37,911 nt of DNA, taken from IMG/VR virus record IMGVR_UViG_3300048577_000469, positions 1 through 37,911 of that record, one strand, 5' to 3'. The stretch is from a virus. Its lineage: Duplodnaviria; Caudoviricetes. Position numbers and translations under genes: made by a program. Positions 16,814-25,907 of the stretch are shown in pieces (position 1 is the first letter of the stretch; each line of letters begins with the position of its first letter). The notes under the pieces are model-generated. The model saw nothing but the letters and a program-made list of their open reading frames with translations, made no database searches and was not told the DNA's origin.

Positions 16814-18408
16814 TGTCCCCTGCTGCGGATACGCCATCTGGGCGCGTGCGTGATTCGATGGAAGATCGCACGCCGATGGCGTTCCTTGGCTATCAGCAGC
16901 GCTGGTCTGCCGATCAATCGTCGGTAAAGGTTTGCGAGAAAACCCGGCGCTGCGGTTTGTCCTGGGGGGAGGCAGGTGATACCGCCCTGCTTTGCTCGAA
17001 AACCAGCGGGATGAATGCTTTCTATATCGGCTATACGAAGGACATGGCCAAGGAGTTCATCCAGGACTGCGCAAACTTTTCTGCTGCCTACAGCTTGGCG
17101 GCCAGCGAAATCACAGAGAGTGAGGAAGTGTGGTTCAAGGGAGATGAGCGCAAGTCGATTTTCATCTACACCCTGCGATTTGCCAGCGGCTGGCGAATTG
17201 AGGCTTTGAGCTCTGCGCCACGTAATCTGCGCGGCAAACAAGGTCGAGTGATCATTGATGAGGCAGCTTTCCACGACGACATCAAGGAGCTGCTCAAAGC
17301 CGCGCTGGCGCTCTTGATCTGGGGCGGCGAGGTGCATGTGATCAGTACCCACAATGGCGCTGATAACCCGTTCAACGAGTTGGTGCAGGACATCCGCGCC
17401 AACAAGGCGCCCTACAGCCTGCATCGCATTACCTTCGACGACGCGGTCGACGGTGGCCTCTATGAACGCGTGTGCTTGCGCACTGGACGCACGCCAACCC
17501 CGGATGACAAGGCCAAATGGATCGCCGGCATCCGGGCGCAGTATCGCGACAATGCCGCAGAGGAACTTGATTGCATCCCCAATAACAGCGGCGGCGCCTG
17601 GCTGTCGCGAGCGATGATCGAGGCACGGATGTTCGATGCCCCGGTTCTGCGCTGGTCGCCGCCGGCCGATGATTTCATGTTGTGGCCAGACGAGATGCGC
17701 AAAGCAGAGGTTCTCGATTGGCTGGATCAGCATGTGCGGCCGTTGCTAGCCGCGCTCGACCCAGAGCTCACCAGCTTTTTCGGAATGGACTTCGGGCGCA
17801 GTGGTGACCTGTCCGTCCTGGCGCCTGGGCAGGTCATGCGCAACCTGACGCGCCGGTATCCATTCCTGATCGAAATGGCAAATTGCCCCTTCGATCAACA
17901 GCGCGAGATTCTCTATTACGTCGGTGATCGCTTGCCCCGCTTGCTGGCAGGTAAGCTCGACGCCCGCGGCAATGGTCAATACCTGGCGGAAAAAGCCGTA
18001 CAGAAGTGGCCCCTCAAGGTCGAGGCAGTAATGCTTTCGCAGACCTGGTACCGCGAGAACACGGCCCCATTCAAGGCACGTTTCGAGGATGGAACGATTC
18101 TTTTGCCGCGCAGCGCGGATCTGCTCGACGATCTGCGCGCGTTCGAAGTGGTCAAGGGTATCCCCATGATCCCGGACGTGCGCACCAGAGGCGCAGATGG
18201 TCAGCAGCGTCACGGCGATGCGGGGGTTGCTTGCCTGCTGGCCGATGCTGCCAGTCGTGCAGAGGGAGTCCCCCCTGCCGGTGCCACCGTGGCAGCAGAT
18301 TCCGACCTCGGCCAATTTACCCCCGAGCGACTGCGCGAGCGTGGTGCAGTCGGGCATGTATCGGTTTTTCAGAATCGGGCCTACAAGCCCCTATTTCGCC
18401 CCCGGTAG
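16810..18408 (+). CDS. Terminase large subunit (Mu gp28-like)
   Basis: YQQRW, EKTRRCGLSW, VIIDEAAFH, ISTHNG, GMDFGRSGDL, HGD motifs. Confidence 0.93.
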   Translation: MMSPAADTPSGRVRDSMEDRTPMAFLGYQQRWSADQSSVKVCEKTRRCGLSWGEAGDTALLCSKTSGMNAFYIGYTKDMAKEFIQDCANFSAAYSLAASEITESEEVWFKGDERKSIFIYTLRFASGWRIEALSSAPRNLRGKQGRVIIDEAAFHDDIKELLKAALALLIWGGEVHVISTHNGADNPFNELVQDIRANKAPYSLHRITFDDAVDGGLYERVCLRTGRTPTPDDKAKWIAGIRAQYRDNAAEELDCIPNNSGGAWLSRAMIEARMFDAPVLRWSPPADDFMLWPDEMRKAEVLDWLDQHVRPLLAALDPELTSFFGMDFGRSGDLSVLAPGQVMRNLTRRYPFLIEMANCPFDQQREILYYVGDRLPRLLAGKLDARGNGQYLAEKAVQKWPLKVEAVMLSQTWYRENTAPFKARFEDGTILLPRSADLLDDLRAFEVVKGIPMIPDVRTRGADGQQRHGDAGVACLLADAASRAEGVPPAGATVAADSDLGQFTPERLRERGAVGHVSVFQNRAYKPLFRPR

Positions 18409-18472
18409 GTGTGGATGCCGCCGCGTCACTGCGATAGGCACTTTATAAAGCCCGTAAAGCCGGTTTGCGGGC

Positions 18473-19957
18473 ATGTTGGAGATGGCTATGCCGATGCCGA
18501 AATGGCTGCAACGATTCATTGATGGTGGAGAACCCATCGAAACGGCTGAAACATCGCCCGAGGAGCAACCCACCGCCAAACTGCGTGAAGCGGCCGGCGC
18601 GAGTGTCGCCGACGATGACGAGGGATGGCGCAAGCTCAGTGGCGACACGCGGCGCGACCTCGGGCCGATTACCCAGGAGCGCATGCGCGAGATCGCCACC
18701 TATTTGTGGCAGGCGAACTTGCTCGCCAATCGCCTGGTCGAGCTGCCTCTCGCCTACCTGCTCGCCGAGGGCGTCAAGCTGCAGGTCAAGGATAAAGAGG
18801 CCCAGGCCTGGCTCGACAAGTTCTGGAACGACCCCATCAACGCGATGGACCTCAAGCTGGAAAAGCGCGTGCGCGAACTGGCGCTGTTCGGCGAGCAGTG
18901 CTACCCCGTGTTCGTCAATGAGGTTTCTGGCATGGTGCGCCTCGGCTATTTAGATCCGGCACAGATCGCCACCGTCGTCACGGATCCGGACAACCCCGAG
19001 CAGCCTATCGGCATCGTCACAGTCAAAGGCAAGCATGGCCAGGCGCGCCGCTACAGGGTGATCGTCAACGGCGACGATGAGGAGCTATTCACCAAGCGCA
19101 CCCAGGATATTCGCGCCACCTTCGCGGACGGCGAGTGCTTCTACTTCACGGTCAATTCCCTTTCATCTGGCGTGCGCGGCCGTTCCGATCTGTTGGCACA
19201 GGCCGACTGGCTCGACGCCTACGACGAGTTCCTCTTTGGGGAACATGATCGGTCTCGCTACCAGCGCGCCTTCATCTGGGACGTCGAGCTGTCCGGTTTG
19301 ACCCAGGAGCAGATCGACACCAAGGCGAAGACCTTCGCCCCGCCAGCACCCAATACGGTGCGCGTGCATAACGAATCCGAAAAATGGTCAGCCGTCTCGC
19401 CGGAGATCGGCGCCGGAGAAACGGCGGAAGCGGCGCGCCTGCTGCGCAACCATGTCCTGGGCGGCAGCACCATCCCCGAGCACTGGTTTGGCGGTGGCGG
19501 TGATGTCAATCGCGCCGTGGGTGCCGAGATGGGCGAGCCGACCTTCAAGTTGTTCTCGATGCGGCAACGCACGGTGCGCTACATCCTGGAGGCCATCGCC
19601 CGCTATGTGCTGCGACAGCGGTCACTTGTCGCCAAGGAAAGCGCCTTCGATCTGGAGAAAGATGAATTCGCGCCCCAGGCCGTCTTTCCCGAGATGGTCT
19701 CCCGCGACATCACGCGCTATGCCGCCGCCCTGCAGCAGGTTGTGGTCGGTTGCGCGCTGGCCGTCGAGAAAAGCTATCTCACCAAGAAAACCGCCGTACG
19801 CATCATCGCCACCGTCGCCGGCCGCCTCGGCCTGGAGATCGATGCCGAGCAGGAGCTGGCGGATGCAATCGCCGAACGCCAGGCAGAGAGTGATGCGAAT
19901 GCCGAGGATGATCTTCTCCCGCCAGATGCGGCGGCAGCTGGCGGAGGCGCCGCTTGA
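18473..19957 (+). CDS. Portal protein
   Basis: 494 aa after TerL; RELALFGE, RGRSDL, IPEHWFGGGGDVNRA motifs; exact start uncertain among several ATGs. Confidence 0.8.
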   Translation: MLEMAMPMPKWLQRFIDGGEPIETAETSPEEQPTAKLREAAGASVADDDEGWRKLSGDTRRDLGPITQERMREIATYLWQANLLANRLVELPLAYLLAEGVKLQVKDKEAQAWLDKFWNDPINAMDLKLEKRVRELALFGEQCYPVFVNEVSGMVRLGYLDPAQIATVVTDPDNPEQPIGIVTVKGKHGQARRYRVIVNGDDEELFTKRTQDIRATFADGECFYFTVNSLSSGVRGRSDLLAQADWLDAYDEFLFGEHDRSRYQRAFIWDVELSGLTQEQIDTKAKTFAPPAPNTVRVHNESEKWSAVSPEIGAGETAEAARLLRNHVLGGSTIPEHWFGGGGDVNRAVGAEMGEPTFKLFSMRQRTVRYILEAIARYVLRQRSLVAKESAFDLEKDEFAPQAVFPEMVSRDITRYAAALQQVVVGCALAVEKSYLTKKTAVRIIATVAGRLGLEIDAEQELADAIAERQAESDANAEDDLLPPDAAAAGGGAA

Positions 19958-20169
19958 CCAACCGACTTGGCTGGGGCTGCGCAATCAAGCGCAAGGATGG
20001 CTCCGAGTTCCTGGCGGTGGCCGGCAATGGCCTGCTGCCCGCCGTGTGGGCAAACGCCTACAGGAGCTATGCTGTCGCCCACAAGCGGCAACTCATCCAG
20101 GAAGGATTCAAGGCGCGCGTCGTGCGGGTGAGATTCTCCTATCCGGAAATCGAGCCTGAATCGCCATGA
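19954..20169 (+). CDS. Hypothetical protein
   Basis: GGAGG SD; TTG start overlapping the portal stop; stop overlaps the MuF start. Confidence 0.55.
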   Translation: MTNRLGWGCAIKRKDGSEFLAVAGNGLLPAVWANAYRSYAVAHKRQLIQEGFKARVVRVRFSYPEIEPESP

Positions 20170-21386
20170 GCGCAGAAAAGGACTTCGACCGCGAGGTCCG
20201 CGACCAGCTCAAGCGCCGCGCCCGCATCGTCAAGGATACGGACGCCGAGATCCGCGCGCTGCTCTCCCGCGCCCTGGAGAAGACGCTGGGGATCCTCGCC
20301 GACCAGCCGACCGATTATCAGCTCTGGAATCTGCCGCAAGTCGTCAAGGAGATCGGCGTGGTCGCCGCCGCCCTGGGCGACGAGGCCACCGCAGCGACCG
20401 CCCGCGCTGCCCAGACAGCCTGGACGGCCGGCGCCGACTTGGTGGTCAAGCCTTTGGAAATTGCCGGCCTGGCAGCTGCGCAATCGGTGGCGCCGCATAT
20501 CGACCTGCGCCAGCTGCAGGCCATGAAGTACTTCCTCGCCGACAAGATGAAGGACGTGTCCCTTCAGGCCGCCAACCGCATCAATGGCGAGCTCGGCTTG
20601 GTCGTGATCGGTGCCCAGACACCCTTCGAGGCACAGGTGGCGATCCGCGCCATCATCAAGGACAACGCCGCCAGCCGCGCCGCTACCATCGTGCGTGCCG
20701 AGCTGCTGCGCGTCTATTCGACGGCCTCCTATGAAGCCGGCGTCGCGGCGGAAGATGCCGGCGTCGGTATGGATAAGGTCTGGCGCCGGTCGAGCAAGGC
20801 TCACCCGCGCATCAGCCATGCCCTGGCCGATGGCCAGCGCGTTCCCTGGAATCAGCCCTTCGTGATCGGCGGGGTGAAGATGATGTACCCCCATGACCCG
20901 AAGGCGCCGGCCAAGGAAGTCATCAGCTGCGGGTGCGTCATGATTCCGAAGCCACGCGGCTGGGGTTCCACGTTGCCGGACAAGCGGGCATTCACGCGCG
21001 ATGAGCTGGCGAAGAACCCGACGCTCAAGTCCATCGTCGAGGAACGTGCCGATATGACGGCCGATGGGCGCGGTGCTACACTCAGACCGAACCTGGCGGC
21101 GTATGATGTTGCCAAGGCAGGCGGCAAGCATGCTGGCTGGCTCCAGACGCAAGAAGGGTTATCTGACGTCGAGCTGGAGCGGTCGCTCAAGAGTTTCAAC
21201 CGCCTCGCCGCAAAACATGAGCGCTGGGTGGCGGATCCGGCAAGCAAGGTGGCCGATTTCGCCGAGCGCGATCCGCGCTACCAGCAAGGCTTGCTGTACG
21301 GCTGGCGCAGCGACATCGAGCGCGCCCGCGAGCTGGCCGGCATCGTTGAAGGTATTTTGAGGAGTAGGAAAGATGGCAAACCCTGA
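20166..21386 (+). CDS. MuF / SPP1 gp7-like head protein with about 100-aa C-terminal extension
   Basis: RAATIVRAEL, KVWRRS...PR.SH..ADGQ, M.YPHDP.AP..EVISCGC. Confidence 0.88.
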   Translation: MSAEKDFDREVRDQLKRRARIVKDTDAEIRALLSRALEKTLGILADQPTDYQLWNLPQVVKEIGVVAAALGDEATAATARAAQTAWTAGADLVVKPLEIAGLAAAQSVAPHIDLRQLQAMKYFLADKMKDVSLQAANRINGELGLVVIGAQTPFEAQVAIRAIIKDNAASRAATIVRAELLRVYSTASYEAGVAAEDAGVGMDKVWRRSSKAHPRISHALADGQRVPWNQPFVIGGVKMMYPHDPKAPAKEVISCGCVMIPKPRGWGSTLPDKRAFTRDELAKNPTLKSIVEERADMTADGRGATLRPNLAAYDVAKAGGKHAGWLQTQEGLSDVELERSLKSFNRLAAKHERWVADPASKVADFAERDPRYQQGLLYGWRSDIERARELAGIVEGILRSRKDGKP

Positions 21387-21594
21387 TCGCTACAAGGCGC
21401 TGCTGTGCAGTGTGCTGCTGAAGGCGCGGCAGATGGGCGAGCATGTACCTGGCTCCGAAATGGCGCTGGCCTGCTACCAGGTGCTGGAAGTCGCTACCGA
21501 AGAAGCCGGGATCTATGGCATCGACCTGGCGGAGCTCGGCCTCGATGGGTTCGATCCCGAGTCCCTGCTCAAGTTGCCGAAACGTGCAGCGTGA
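21373..21594 (+). CDS. Small protein, candidate immunity protein
   Basis: 73 aa with acidic C-terminal half; AGGA SD; overlaps the MuF 3' end. Confidence 0.7.
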   Translation: MANPDRYKALLCSVLLKARQMGEHVPGSEMALACYQVLEVATEEAGIYGIDLAELGLDGFDPESLLKLPKRAA

Positions 21595-21614
21595 CGCGTA
21601 ACAGCGCCTAACCC

Positions 21615-21640
21615 AAGCCGCCGCCAGGCGGCTTTTTGTT
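21615..21640 (+). terminator. Rho-independent terminator
   Basis: AAGCCGCC-GCCA-GGCGGCTT followed by TTTGTT. Confidence 0.85.
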
Positions 21641-21651
21641 GATAACTCCCA

Positions 21652-21697
21652 TCCGAACGCGTTCCCCCTGACGAGGCCACGCGCGCGCACGTAACCT
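21652..21697 (+). promoter_or_regulatory. Late promoter 2 (putative)
   Basis: TCCGAACGCGTTCCCCCTGACGAG...GCGCGCGC..TAACCT; 23 of first 24 nt match the copy at 13733. Confidence 0.75.
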
Positions 21698-21733
21698 CGC
21701 CTCCGTTGATTCATCCACGATCACGGAGGCAAT

Positions 21734-21997
21734 ATGAGCAAACCAGGCAAGAGCGGCGGCACCGCACCGGACGAAACTTCCCAGGACCCGGCCAAGGCCG
21801 GCAAAGACGAGGCGACTCAGGGCGGGAATGGCCAAGAGAAATCGTCTCCAGCCGCTGGCGCGAGCGTAAAGGTGTTCGGCGTAGAGATTCCGGTTGCCGA
21901 GGATGATCTGCTTGCATCCAAGGACTACGGGGATCACGTCGTCGTTGTAACGCGCGACGGCCGCAAGCTCACCCTGCCGAAGCAGGCCGCGAAGTGA
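21734..21997 (+). CDS. Hypothetical protein
   Basis: GGAGG SD; low-complexity N-terminus, C-terminal VVVVTRDGRKL. Confidence 0.7.
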   Translation: MSKPGKSGGTAPDETSQDPAKAGKDEATQGGNGQEKSSPAAGASVKVFGVEIPVAEDDLLASKDYGDHVVVVTRDGRKLTLPKQAAK

Positions 21998-24285
21998 AAT
22001 TCCCGCCCAATGGTCTGCGCGGCCAGGCGCTGCGTGAAGCGGCGCCAGACTACAAGCGCATCATCGACCTGGTGCGCGGCGCGCTCGATGCCAAGCTCAA
22101 CGCGGGGCCTGTCGAAAGCCGCAAGTGGTACGACGTCGACGCCGTCTATGGCGACAGCGTCGTGATCTGCCTCGATGGCCGTCACTGGCGCTACCCCTAC
22201 ACCCTGGAAGGCAGCGCTGTCACGCTTGCGGAGCCGCAGGAGGTCGTCGAAACCTACGAGCCGATCCGCGAAGCCGTCGCCGGCCAGTATCTGCGTTTGA
22301 TCGAGGCGGATGGCGCGCCGGCCGGGCAGGTGTGGGAGATTGATGCCATCTGCGCCGGGCTGTCGCTTAACAATGTCTTTTATTCGGATTTGGTGCTGCG
22401 CGAGGCTGTTCCGCAGTTTGACGGTGCTCGCATCTTCATCAAGTCGGACGCCGATCACATCAAGGGTGCAGCTAAGGATGTACGCCAGGTGGTTGGCTGG
22501 ATCGATGCGCCGCGCTTCGTCGAGGGAGCTGCGCCCGATACCGGCCGCATCGTCGCCACGGCGCACCTGCCCGGACTTCCCGATACCACGCGCGCGCTAC
22601 TGGTCGAGGCCGTACGCGCCGGCAAGACCGACCTGGTCGGCTTCTCGATTGATGCGTTCGGCGCCAGCGGTACGCGGATGGTCGAAGGCAAAAAGGTGCG
22701 CGCCGCCAAGTCAATCACGCGCGTTGATTCCGTCGATTTGATTGTTGAGCCGGGCGCCGGGGGCCGCCTGGTCCGTTTGGTCGAGGCCGCCCCCGAACCC
22801 CGTCACTCCCAGGAGAGTTCCATGCGTAAAACGCTGTTGCAAGAACTGCAAGCCAAGGCGCCCGCCGCCTATGCCAAGATCAACCCCGATACGGCCTCCG
22901 ATGCAGAAGTGCTGGCCGCCTACCGTGAAGCCTTCGCCACAACGGCGCCGGCTGTTGTGTCAGATGTCGGCGCCGAGCCCCTGGCCGAGGTCCGCATGGT
23001 CGAGGCGCGCATGCGCGCCCGCGAACTGATCGCTGGCAGCACCCTGCCGCAACCTGCGAAGGATCGCTTGCTCGCCGACTTCACTGGCCGCAGCCGCTTC
23101 GTCGAGGCGGACGTGACGGCCGCGATCTCCTCCGAGCGTGACTATCTCGCGCGCTTCGTCGAGTCTGGCCGCGTCGATATGGGTGGGCTTGGCGGCGATA
23201 TTCAGGTTGAGGATCGCTCCGCCAAGATGGCTGACATGCTCGATGCCTTCTTCAATCCGCAGCACAAGGATCACGGTGCGGTCGGTTCCTTCAAGGAAGC
23301 CTACATCGAGTTCACGGGCGACCGCTATGTAACCGGTCGGCTGTCTGACGTGGATCGGGCGCGCTTGCGTGAGTCGGCTGGCGCGTATTACCGTGAAGCG
23401 CTGGATACGAGCTCCTGGGCCAATGCCCTGGGCGACTCGATTGCGCGGCGCATGCAGGCTGTGTATACCGGCGAGACCGATCTCCAGGTCTGGCGTAAGG
23501 TGGCGGCGGTTGGTCGCGTCAGTGACTTCCGTACCCAGGAGCGCTTCCGGGTGGGTGGTTACGGAAATCTGCCGGCCGTGGCACAGGGCGATGCCTATGC
23601 CGCCCTGACTTCTCCGAGCGACGACAAGGCTAGTTATGCTGCAACCAAGCGTGGCGGCCTGGAAACCGTTACGCGCGAGATGATTCTTGCCGACGACGTC
23701 AATGCGATCCGTCGTATCCCTGTCGAACTGGCGCTAGCGGCGGGCAACACGCTCTACGAGTTCGTGTTCGATTTCTTTCGGCTCAACGCGTCGATTTACG
23801 ACGGCAAGGCGCTGTATCACGTCGATCACGCCAACCTCTTCACCGCCGCCCTTGATGCCACCGCTTTCGCCGCGCACCGCCTGGCGATGGTCAAGCAAAC
23901 ACGCGCCGGGAGCGGCAAGCGCATGGGCGTCAGCCCCGCTGTCGTTCTGCTGCCTTATGAGTTGCAGGAGACCGGATACAACCTGTTCGTGCGTGGCCAG
24001 AATCTGGATAAGACCTTTGTCCAGACCATCAACCCGGAAGTCATCACGGTGTCCCACTGGACCGATGCCAATGACTGGTGCACGGTTGCCGATCCGATGA
24101 AACTCCCGGTGCTGGAAATCAGCTTCGTCAATGGCCAGGAAGATCCCGAGCTGTTTATCCAGGATATGCCCAACGTCGGCAGCATGTTCAGTAATGACAA
24201 GCTGACCTACAAGATCCGGCATGAGTACGGCGGTGCCGTCCTGGTCGATGGCGAGAAGGGCACCACCAAGGCGGTGGTCGCCTAA
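21994..24285 (+). CDS. Fused prohead protease - scaffold - major capsid protein
   Basis: Protease-like motifs DH, GFSID, SVDL..EPGAGG; capsid motifs VSDFR, LP.V, TREMI..DD, H.NL, YKIRHEYG. Confidence 0.88.
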   Translation: MKFPPNGLRGQALREAAPDYKRIIDLVRGALDAKLNAGPVESRKWYDVDAVYGDSVVICLDGRHWRYPYTLEGSAVTLAEPQEVVETYEPIREAVAGQYLRLIEADGAPAGQVWEIDAICAGLSLNNVFYSDLVLREAVPQFDGARIFIKSDADHIKGAAKDVRQVVGWIDAPRFVEGAAPDTGRIVATAHLPGLPDTTRALLVEAVRAGKTDLVGFSIDAFGASGTRMVEGKKVRAAKSITRVDSVDLIVEPGAGGRLVRLVEAAPEPRHSQESSMRKTLLQELQAKAPAAYAKINPDTASDAEVLAAYREAFATTAPAVVSDVGAEPLAEVRMVEARMRARELIAGSTLPQPAKDRLLADFTGRSRFVEADVTAAISSERDYLARFVESGRVDMGGLGGDIQVEDRSAKMADMLDAFFNPQHKDHGAVGSFKEAYIEFTGDRYVTGRLSDVDRARLRESAGAYYREALDTSSWANALGDSIARRMQAVYTGETDLQVWRKVAAVGRVSDFRTQERFRVGGYGNLPAVAQGDAYAALTSPSDDKASYAATKRGGLETVTREMILADDVNAIRRIPVELALAAGNTLYEFVFDFFRLNASIYDGKALYHVDHANLFTAALDATAFAAHRLAMVKQTRAGSGKRMGVSPAVVLLPYELQETGYNLFVRGQNLDKTFVQTINPEVITVSHWTDANDWCTVADPMKLPVLEISFVNGQEDPELFIQDMPNVGSMFSNDKLTYKIRHEYGGAVLVDGEKGTTKAVVA

Positions 24286-24288
24286 GCC

Positions 24289-24936
24289 ATGCTCGCCGAC
24301 CTGCAGGCCCTGGTGATGGATCTGGTCCGCGATGCTGCGGGTCAGGTCTCGACCGATCAGCGGGATACAGCCATCGCCCTGGCGGTGGCCAAGTATTCCG
24401 CCGACCGGCCGCGCGATGCGGTTGCGGCCGGGGTCAGTACGGACGGCCTGCGCTTGCCGCTGCCGGACCCGTGGGCTGAGGGAATGGATGTCGCCTGGAT
24501 CGAATATCCCGTTGACGCCATCCCTCCGGCACAAGTGCGTCATATCGTGCATCGCGGCTTGGCTGGCCTTGAAATCCTGCTCGGCGAAAACATCGGCGCT
24601 GGTAGCACGGCGCATGTGCACTACACCCAGCTGCATGCGCTATCCGACAGCATCGACACGATCCCGGTCGTGCATCGTGAGGCGGTCGGCGCCTATGCCG
24701 CAGCCTGGCTGTTCGAACAACTCGCCGGTTCTGCCGCAGGCAATACCGACAGCACCATTCAGGCTGACAGTGTGGATCACAAGAGCCAGGCAGCGGAATA
24801 CGCGGCGCGCGCGCGCACCCTGCGCAAGCGTTACGCCGATGTGGTGGTGGTTGCTGATGCCGCAGAGACGCGGCCGGCCAGTGCTGCAGTCAGTTGGCCA
24901 GGGCGCAAGCGGTTTCCGGGGCTGGGGGCGCGCTGA
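24289..24936 (+). CDS. Head-tail adaptor protein
   Basis: Position after the capsid gene; size; IEYP motif. Confidence 0.6.
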   Translation: MLADLQALVMDLVRDAAGQVSTDQRDTAIALAVAKYSADRPRDAVAAGVSTDGLRLPLPDPWAEGMDVAWIEYPVDAIPPAQVRHIVHRGLAGLEILLGENIGAGSTAHVHYTQLHALSDSIDTIPVVHREAVGAYAAAWLFEQLAGSAAGNTDSTIQADSVDHKSQAAEYAARARTLRKRYADVVVVADAAETRPASAAVSWPGRKRFPGLGAR

Positions 24937-25433
24937 TGCAGCTCGTACTCGATGCCGGTTCGCTGGGCGTTCTCGACCAGGCTTTTGCGCGCTTCCCGGA
25001 CTTCGCTCGCCAGGAGCTGAGCGTCTTTGGGCATGCCGCCACGCAATACCTGAAGGGCGAAGTCATTGATCGCACACCGGCAGCCGAAGGGGCGCTGCGC
25101 GACTCGGCCTTCACCCGGGTCGAGGAACTGCCTTCCGGCATGATCGGCGTGGTCGCCATGTCGAGCCCTTACGTCGAGGCGGTCGAGCTCGGTACCAAGC
25201 CGCACATGCCCCCAATCGAACCGCTGGAACAGTGGGTAAAAACCAAGCTCGGCCTGTCCGGCAAGGAAGGCGCCAATGCGGCGCGCGGTATTCAGTGGAA
25301 GATTTTTCACCACGGCACCAAGGGCGCGCACATGTTCGAGAGCGCCCTGGATGCCGGTGCTGCCGAGCTGGAACGGCAGTTCGGCGCAACGATGCAGCGC
25401 CTGGCTGATCGGTTGGCAGGGGCTGCGCAATGA
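24936..25433 (+). CDS. HK97 gp10-like neck protein
   Basis: RTP...G.LRDS, YVEAVELGTKPHMPP, GTKGAHMF. Confidence 0.75.
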   Translation: MQLVLDAGSLGVLDQAFARFPDFARQELSVFGHAATQYLKGEVIDRTPAAEGALRDSAFTRVEELPSGMIGVVAMSSPYVEAVELGTKPHMPPIEPLEQWVKTKLGLSGKEGANAARGIQWKIFHHGTKGAHMFESALDAGAAELERQFGATMQRLADRLAGAAQ

Positions 25434-25906
25434 GCGATCCGGTTCTCGCCGCCATTGTCGCGCGCTGGGCTGCCGTCCCGGACATCGGTCGCGTGCATGG
25501 CTACGAGCGCTATGGCAAGGACGGTGCCCAGATGCGGGCCCTCTACGAACACGATGAGCAGATCCGTGGCTGGTACGTCCGGCGCCGCGCGGTGCGCGAA
25601 GTGGCCGCCGTCGTCGGCCTGTCGATGGAGGTGGCCACCTACCAGATCGTCGGCTTCCTTTCGCTGTCGGACGCCAATGCAACGGAACAGGTGATCAACG
25701 ACCTGGTCGATGCCGGCCGGACCGCGTTCCGCGTGGAACCTACCCTGGGCGGGATCGCCTTCGAGCTGTGCGATTCGACGAGTGACGCGGAAGGCAAGGA
25801 AACCGGTATCCAGGTCGAGGGCGTCGGACCGGTGATGTTCGCCGGCGTGCTTTGCCATTGCGCCCAGCTGCGCCTCGTCGTCTCGCGTTATCTCCAGGAG
25901 GCATGA
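25430..25906 (+). CDS. Tail completion/terminator protein
   Basis: Position before the tube gene; PVMFAGVLCH motif. Confidence 0.6.
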   Translation: MSDPVLAAIVARWAAVPDIGRVHGYERYGKDGAQMRALYEHDEQIRGWYVRRRAVREVAAVVGLSMEVATYQIVGFLSLSDANATEQVINDLVDAGRTAFRVEPTLGGIAFELCDSTSDAEGKETGIQVEGVGPVMFAGVLCHCAQLRLVVSRYLQEA

Positions 25907-25907
25907 C

